Below are positions 55,766-64,000 of a stretch of 64,000 nucleotides of DNA, in pieces. Source of the DNA: Octopus vulgaris (lineage: Eukaryota); the NCBI GenBank assembly GCA_951406725.2, contig OX597822.1, positions 2,976,001 through 3,040,000 on the forward strand, in the 5' to 3' direction. Within the stretch, counting starts at the first letter, position 1. Each line of letters opens with the position of its first letter. The position numbers were made by a program, and so were the translations under genes. The notes under the pieces are model-generated. The model was not told the origin of the DNA. It ran no database searches and was given only the letters and a program-made list of their open reading frames with translations.

Positions 55766-56390
55766 ATTTTTAAAATTCTTACTTGCTTCATCATTAGACT
55801 GCGGCCATGCTGGGGCACCGCCTTGAATACCTGGTCGAATGAATTGTCTCCAGAACTTATTAAAAAAACAAACAGACCCTTATTCTATCAGTCGCTAAGT
55901 TACGGGGACGTAAACTCACTAACATAGATTCTCAAGGTGTGGTGGGAGACAAGCACAGACACACACAAACTCACTCACTCACACACACACACATTCTTCA
56001 AAATCCACTCATAAGGCTTTGGTCGACCCAAGGCTATAATTGGTCGACCCAAGGGACTGGAACCTGGAACTATGAAGTAAGCTATTACAACGTCGGACGT
56101 GTGACAAGTACATAGTGACCCGATTCTACGTAAATAACATAAATTTCCACCCAGTGGTGCTAAATATCAAGACAAAGTGACCGTTGTCAAATTGATGAAG
56201 GCTGCGGCCTGATCGTGCACATTCTGGAAGTTGTTCAGTGTGTTGTTGAGTAACAGAAAGAATGACTCTTTACCAGTTGTCGGCTGTCTATCTACTCCTC
56301 ATTTCGAGCATTAAGTGACAATATGAGTCTTCAAAGACAGTTGCTCACATAAATACCAACATGAAATTTTGTATTTATGGAGGGTCCATA

Positions 56391-56501
<111 letters not shown>

Positions 56502-56552
56502 ATATATATATATATGTATATATATGTATATATATAGATTGATATATATATA

Positions 56553-56595
<43 letters not shown>

Positions 56596-56797
56596 ATATA
56601 TATATGTATATATATGTATGTATGTGTATATATATATGTATATATATGTATGTATGTATGTGTATATATATATGTATACATATATGTGTATACATCTATA
56701 TATATATGTATATAATGCATATATGTCATACATATAGCATATATATATATATGTACATCAATATATATGTATATAATGCATATATGTCATACATATA

Positions 56798-56840
<43 letters not shown>

Positions 56841-56870
56841 TATATAGATATATAGATATATAGATTGATT

Positions 56871-56903
<33 letters not shown>

Positions 56904-57056
56904 GTGATGGTAGCTTCTCCGTCAAATTTCACGCTGACCTAGCAGCAGCGTAGGCAAATGCTAAAGCTAGCGCAATTTCTATTTTTTATAAAGCGAGAAA
57001 GACGTGCACGCATACCAAACTCACTCTCCTTCACACACAGACACACACACACACAC

Positions 57057-57120
<64 letters not shown>

Positions 57121-57967
57121 TAGCTGAATTAGTTTTACCCACATTCATGCACACACGTATTTGTGTCTGTGTTATTCCCATTGCTTTGCATTTCGGTAAA
57201 CGAGCTAATCTATACAAATGCTTTGCTTTGCAAATGAATTTATGCATTAAAATCTATTAGTTTGACTGTGTCGCGAAGACGGCTTGGTTGCTTAATAGAC
57301 CGATCTCGTGAAACTTTTGTGGTTCGCCCGTGGTGTCTCACCAGTTATCTTGCGGCTGTAGTTTCGAATGACCTCTGCAATTGACTGGGTCCAAACTGAT
57401 GTATGCGTTTTTGTATTCATGTACATACTTGTGTGCACATGCATGTATGCGTATGTATTAGTGCGTGTGTATCTGTGTGTATGTTTAGTATTTTGTTACC
57501 AGGAAGGTAGAAGCAACCGATGTTGTATATTGTCACTCAGGATATCTTATCTCAGTATCTTACGAATTCGCATTAAAATGGCGGGCTTGTACCATTTTTC
57601 CTTTATGGTGTAAACTAGGCTATCTAATGATACGCACAAGCGCGCACCCAGACACAGACAGACGGAGCGGAAACTCCTAACAGTAGTTACGGATAATGTT
57701 ATTAAACTGTTATTATTATCAGTATCAAGATTTGTTGACCCTAAACATGCTCAGATCATTATTAGGGTTTCTGGTTAAGCAGATACCATAACAATAAACT
57801 GATGATATATATATATATATCATCAGACAGTTGAAACACTCCTGTCACAACCTGGGACCTTGAAGACTGCTTTAATGCAAGAAAGTATACCAGATCCTTA
57901 ATATTTTATATTCAATATTTCATCTATTCAATAAGACAATCAATACTTCATTTCATTTTACTATATA

Positions 57968-58372
57968 CTCTTTACTCTTTTACTTGTTTCAGTCATTTGA
58001 CTGCGTCCATGCTGGAGCACCGCCTTTAGTCGAGCAAATCGACCCCGGGACTTATTCTTTGTAAGCCCAGTACTTATTCTATCGGTCTCTTTTGCCGAAC
58101 CGCTAGGTAACGGGGACGTAAACACACCAGCATCGGTTGTCAAGCAATGCTAGGGGGACAAACACAGACACACAAACACACACATACATATACATATATA
58201 TACATATATACGACAGGCTTCTTTCAGTTTCCGTCTACCAAATCCACTCACAAGGCTTTGGTCGGCCCGAGGCTATAGTAGAAGACACTTGCCCAAGGTG
58301 CCACGCAGTGGGACTGAACCCGGAACCATGCGGTTGGTAAACAAGCTACTTACCACATAGCTACTCCTGCGC
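57968..58372 (-). mobile_element. Full-length SINE family A copy
   Basis: Highly similar reverse complement of 51040-51480; the ORF track shows the same MTTDAGVFTSP peptide in both. Confidence 0.9.
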
Positions 58373-58467
58373 TATATATACAATTTATACTATATATTCT
58401 ATATTCTACATTAATATTATAAAGAATATAAATAAAACATAAAAAAAACAGAGTTGGAATTTCTTTG

Positions 58468-58512
<45 letters not shown>

Positions 58513-58820
58513 TAAATCTGTGTATGTTGTGTGTGTGTGTGTGTGTTTCTGTATGTATGTACATAATATATATGTGCATGTATGTGTGTGTGTATGTATA
58601 TATCTATGTGTGTATATATATATATATATACACGTGTATATACACAGTATACACAAATTATGTAATCGTTTTGTTTGTTACTTAGGCAGTCTCTTACTCT
58701 GTGCTTGTTGTCTGTTCAGTTTTTTATACAAACAACCAAATGTCAGGAACAGGCGCAGTCCACCCTCATCCATACACACACATACACGTACGTGCGCACA
58801 CAAACAGAAAAATCCATCGC

Positions 58821-58878
<58 letters not shown>

Positions 58879-59145
58879 CGCATCGCTTACCCACCAACGT
58901 CTTTGAGGAGAGGGTTTTCCATTACAGAAGCACGTTAAAACGATATTACTAAAAACAGTCCCTACTACTACCCAAAACCAAAAACAAAAAAAAAAAATAA
59001 CGAAAGAAACAGAATCAAATAAAATCATGAAAAACTGTATATATTTGAAATATGGCACGTGCCTGGACGATGGGGGCGAACTTAAGATACAAAGGGCCCT
59101 CTCACTCCCTCTCTCTTTCTTTCTCTATTTCTCTCTCTCCACCAA

Positions 59146-59430
<285 letters not shown>

Positions 59431-60366
59431 AAAATAATTACAAAAACAAAAACGTCTCAGAGCCCAGTAGATATAGAAGGAGGCCCTATTAAAAAGTAGT
59501 TTAGTGCAGACTATTCAGAAACAAGATGGCTGATATAAAGAGCGACGTATTTACGTTATCAAGGTGTTCAAACACAGTGTCGTGTTACTGTAGTGTTGTT
59601 GTTCTTGTTGTTCATATGGCCTTGTCGTTGTTTCTCTACTGACTGTTGTTGCTATATGCTTACACTGATATTTACCGTCTTCGGGTTTATGCTATCGTTT
59701 TATGTTCCCATAATTTTTTCGTTGCTTTCGGTATTTATTTAGTTATTTTATTTCCTTTTTTTTTTCTTTTAGCTCTGTTGCTTTTCGTGTTTTTTTCTGT
59801 CTGTAACATTCTTTCTTCTTTCTTTCTAACATTCGTTATTTTTTCCCTTTTTCCCCACTTTCGTTCTGTTTATTGGCGGTCTTTTCTTTTTCATTCATTG
59901 TCTCCTTTCTTTCTATCTTTCTTTCTTTCCGTCTAAGTTCCTACCTCCGTTCTTTGCTCCTTTCTTTCTTCCTTTCTTTCCTCATCTCAGTATTTCCTTA
60001 CATGCTCCACTTCAATAGTTTACAGCTGTTTCTGCTATCAGCGACAGTGTACTCAGAGCTGAGTGCATCATATGCCTTTTATCTTTTACCTATTTCAGTC
60101 ATTAGATTGCGGCCATACTGGGGCACTACCATAAAGATACAAAGTGTCCTCTCTCGCTCTCGCTCTCTCTCTCTCTCTCTCACTCACACACATTCCTTCT
60201 CTTTTCTACTAAAGAATCGACTCAGTACGTATTGTCTAAGCCCGGTACCTACTCTATCAGTTTTCCTTTCTTTGCTGAGCTGCTATATTTTGGGGACGTA
60301 TCAATCCATCACCGGCCGTCAAAGGATAATGGAAGAAAGTCACCAGCACAGACTCATGCACATATA

Positions 60367-60400
<34 letters not shown>

Positions 60401-60479
60401 CAAACATACATACATACATACATACATACATACATACCATACATACATACATACATACATACATACATACATACATACA

Positions 60480-60790
<311 letters not shown>

Positions 60791-61797
60791 GGCGGTGCCC
60801 CAGCATGGCCAAAGCTCAAGAGCTGAAACTGGAAAATATAAACATAAACATAAACTAATAAATAAAAATACAGTACAATATTGTTTACATGATATCGACT
60901 GATGATTTAACTAACATTTGTGTATATAGGCATAAACACTATATGTATGAATACATACATATGTGCGCGCGGGCGTATTGTGTTTATATATGTGTATGTA
61001 TACAGAGAGAGAGAGAGAGAGGTCATATATGTATGTACATGATATTGACCGTTGATTTTACAAACATGCAGATGTTTATATACATAAGTACAAATAAAAT
61101 AAGTATTTATGTATGCGATGTTTCTTCCCTTTTCTTTACGTTTCAAGTACCTTTCTCTCTATATTTGGATTTCTTTGACATTTTCCTTCTGCTTTCCAAT
61201 CCCCACATCTCCCCCCTTTTTTTCTTTTACCTCACTCTCTCTCTCTATTATATAAACTCCTCTCTCTTTTATCTGTGTCTCTTATTCCCTCTCTCCTTCT
61301 CACTGTTTCATTCCAACTTTCCAAATTCTTCCTCAAATTGCTTTGGACTCTCGTTTCTTCTCCACCATGTTTGCCTTCTTCTTCTCCTCGCCTATCTCTT
61401 CTTCCTTCTTCTCTCGTTGTTGTTGTTGTTCTTCTTCTTCCCCTTCTTCTTCTTCTTCTTCTTCTTCTTCTTCTTCTTCTTCTTCTCCTTCTCCTTCTTC
61501 TTCTTCATCTTCTTCTCAATGTCCTCCTTCAAACTACGTTATTCATCTTACTCATCTCCTTGGATTTCCTTCCCCTTCTCATCCTTCCTTTCTTTCTTTC
61601 TTTCCTTTTCTTCCTCCCTCCTTCCTATCTTTTTTATTTTTGTCTCTCCTTTGTCCTTTTCATTCTCTCTTGATTTTCATCTCATTTACATAACATAAGA
61701 AAGCACCAATTCAAACATATATCTCTCAAGACCTCCATCTTAAACTCTATCTTTTATTTGACTTATTTTCTTATATTTTCCTTATTCATTCTTTCAG

Positions 61798-61852
61798 ACA
61801 AGCCAGAGGCGCTCGGAAAGTACAAAACCCTCAAAAACGAAAAAAGGAATAT
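61798..61852 (+). CDS. Probable next exon of the same chromobox gene (short basic segment)
   Basis: Long pyrimidine tract + tttcag acceptor, gtaagt donor at 61853. 55 bp, phase 2-0, frame-compatible with 38515-38580 (AG+A=Arg), giving RQARGARKVQNPQKRKKEY. Pc-class CBX genes carry a short basic exon at this position. Confidence 0.7.
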
Positions 61853-62629
61853 GTAAGTATTGATCTATTGGCATTTACTATTACAATAAATGCTCTCTCA
61901 TGTTGTGTTTTTTTAACTTCCTTTTATCTTGTTCTTTTTTTATAGTATACCTCCCCCAACACACATATATATATGGTATAGAACATTGTATAGAAATTTC
62001 AGATTTCTTGTTAGCATATCGGTCATAGTTCCAAGTATTTTATTTCCTCTCTTAGAAAATGTCTTTATTATATTCTACGAGATATATGCTTGTGTACATA
62101 CGTGGAAATAATCATAATGTGTGTGTGTGTGTGTGTTCTTTTCGTACTTAAACATAACCCAGTGGCATTATGAAATGTATAAAGAACACTTATAAAGCGT
62201 TATAGTACGAAGGGCTGAACAGAATACATTAGATATAACGTAAATATAGTAAAACAGTAGCTGCTTCAGATATTCAGTATCAGAAAAGTTTGTAGAGTAA
62301 ATGTGTACGCTTTCACCGGAGGTGGAAGATCAGCACCCATTATCCTTTGCATGGGCTTCCAGAGCAAACTGTGTCTTATACATTATTACTATGTACTACT
62401 TGAAGATTTTGAGTTGTCCGCACTCTGGAAACCTGGTCCGTATATTTTCCAATCGACTGGACTCTGCAAAAGGCCTAAAATTAATCCAATTAGCTAGTGG
62501 TGGCGTTAAACCAGCCGGTATGCTAAATCTATGTAGTTTCGTCAATAGAATACGAAACCCGACCATCGTAGATATAATCCTTTCTCTTTTCAGTGATTAC
62601 TCTACACATCTAAATAATAATATTTATAA

Positions 62630-62837
62630 TAATGGTTTCAAATTTTACCACAATGGCTGCCATTTTGTGGGGAGGGGATATGACGACTACATCGACTCCA
62701 GGTTTCACTGGTACTTAATTTATCGAACCCGAAAGGATGATAGGCAAAGTAGACCTCGGTGGAATTTGAACTCAGAACGTAGCGACGGGCGAAATACCAC
62801 TAAGCATTTCGTCCAGCTTGCTGCATTGATGATGATG

Positions 62838-62903
<66 letters not shown>

Positions 62904-63618
62904 TTCCAAATTTGGCGCAGAGTCACCAAATTTGGGAAAGGGGCTGGGTCTAGTAAGTCAACCCCAGGGTTCAACTGGTACTTATTTTATCGACTCCGGC
63001 GGAATTTGAACTCAGAATGTAGAGACGGATGAAATGCTAGGCACTTACCCCGACGTGCTAACGATTCTGCCACTTCACCCATTATCCTTTCTTCTAAAGG
63101 CTCAAGGCCTGATTTTTTTTTTTTAGTGGAGACTACACGATTACTTGGAATCCCCTGTCTCACTGGTATTCAATTTATCGACACCCAAAGGATAAAAGGC
63201 AAAATCGAACTCGGTAGAATTCGACGAAATGCTCCTAAACATTTCGCCCGGCGTGCTAACGATTCTGCCAGCTCGCCGCTTTGATTATGATGATGATGAT
63301 GATGATGATGATGGTATTTTGTACTACAGACGCAGGGCCTGAAATTTCGGCTGTGGTCAGAGCTACTCGATTACATCAACTTCAATGAGCAACTAGTACT
63401 TATTTCATCGAAATGCTGCTGCTAAGAATTTTGCATGCTGGGTAAAATTCTTGGCGGCATTTCGTCCATCTTTACGTTCAGGCTTCAAATACCGTCGAGG
63501 TCAACTTTGTAGTTAGTTCATCCTTTCGAGGTCGATGAATCAAGTACGAGTGAAACACTGGTAAGATGTAATCGACTAACCTCCTCCCCCCAATTTCAAG
63601 CCTTGTGCCTATAGTAGA

Positions 63619-63625
<7 letters not shown>
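62630..63625. mobile_element. Cluster of SINE family B copies (three -, one +) separated by trinucleotide tracts
   Basis: Repeated ggaatttgaactcagaa blocks at ~62760 and ~63000, a variant at ~63215, and an opposite-strand copy at 63440-63620. Confidence 0.75.
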
Positions 63626-63661
<36 letters not shown>

Positions 63662-63662
63662 G

Positions 63663-64000
63663 TGTGAGAGAGCAGTGACACTGGGGTAAAGTAAACGAAG
63701 CCCAGTATACCCATCGTGACCACCCGTCTGACAAGGGTACACCAGGCACATGCATCACAACCATATGTGCGCCACATGGTGATCTCATATCAAGATAAAC
63801 AGCACATGACCTTGCAGGTGGGACCCAGTTAGAATTTTTCTTCTGGTCGAGTAGCCCGTCCCGCTCAAAAGGTCCCTGAATAACGGTTGTTTAAGGATGT
63901 TGAATGAAACACCCATGTTTCCATAGGTGAATTATTCAAACCCCAAAGAATCCATCTCAACACATGGCTACGATGCTCCCCCACTACTTCTGCTCGTGAT
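63663..64000 (-). mobile_element. Second copy of the (TAA)n-tailed repeat at 14391-14845, cut by the window end
   Basis: Reverse complement of ~14496-14845. Confidence 0.8.

Noticed and set aside
62301-63032. 243-aa ORF
   Set aside because: Runs through antisense SINE B copies and an (ATA)n tract.

Overview
Eukaryotic, AT-rich, microsatellite-dense animal DNA. The repeat complement looks like coleoid cephalopod, probably Octopus (inference). Almost every ORF in the supplied track is a microsatellite artefact. The only host-gene coding signal is two small + strand exons that the track missed. 38515-38580 encodes the C-terminal half of a Polycomb-class chromodomain (HSTWEPEENILDPLLIKSFEK), and the frame-compatible basic exon 61798-61852 lies ~23 kb downstream, so the window is probably mostly intron of a Pc/CBX-like gene. 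The rest is two abundant tRNA-derived SINE families, RTE, R4/Dong-like and CR1-like LINE fragments, a decayed DD37D-type Tc1/mariner, a Merlin-like MITE with 8-bp TSD, and three non-autonomous Helitrons. Most interesting is a group of 150-400 bp non-coding inserts inside or beside (TA)n tracts that carry hammerhead ribozyme motifs and/or long fold-back hairpins (Penelope/retrozyme-like). One of them is a near-intact type I hammerhead at 12664-12760 in the putative pre-mRNA sense. There is also a 108-bp inverted templated copy of nearby DNA inserted into a Helitron terminal hairpin.
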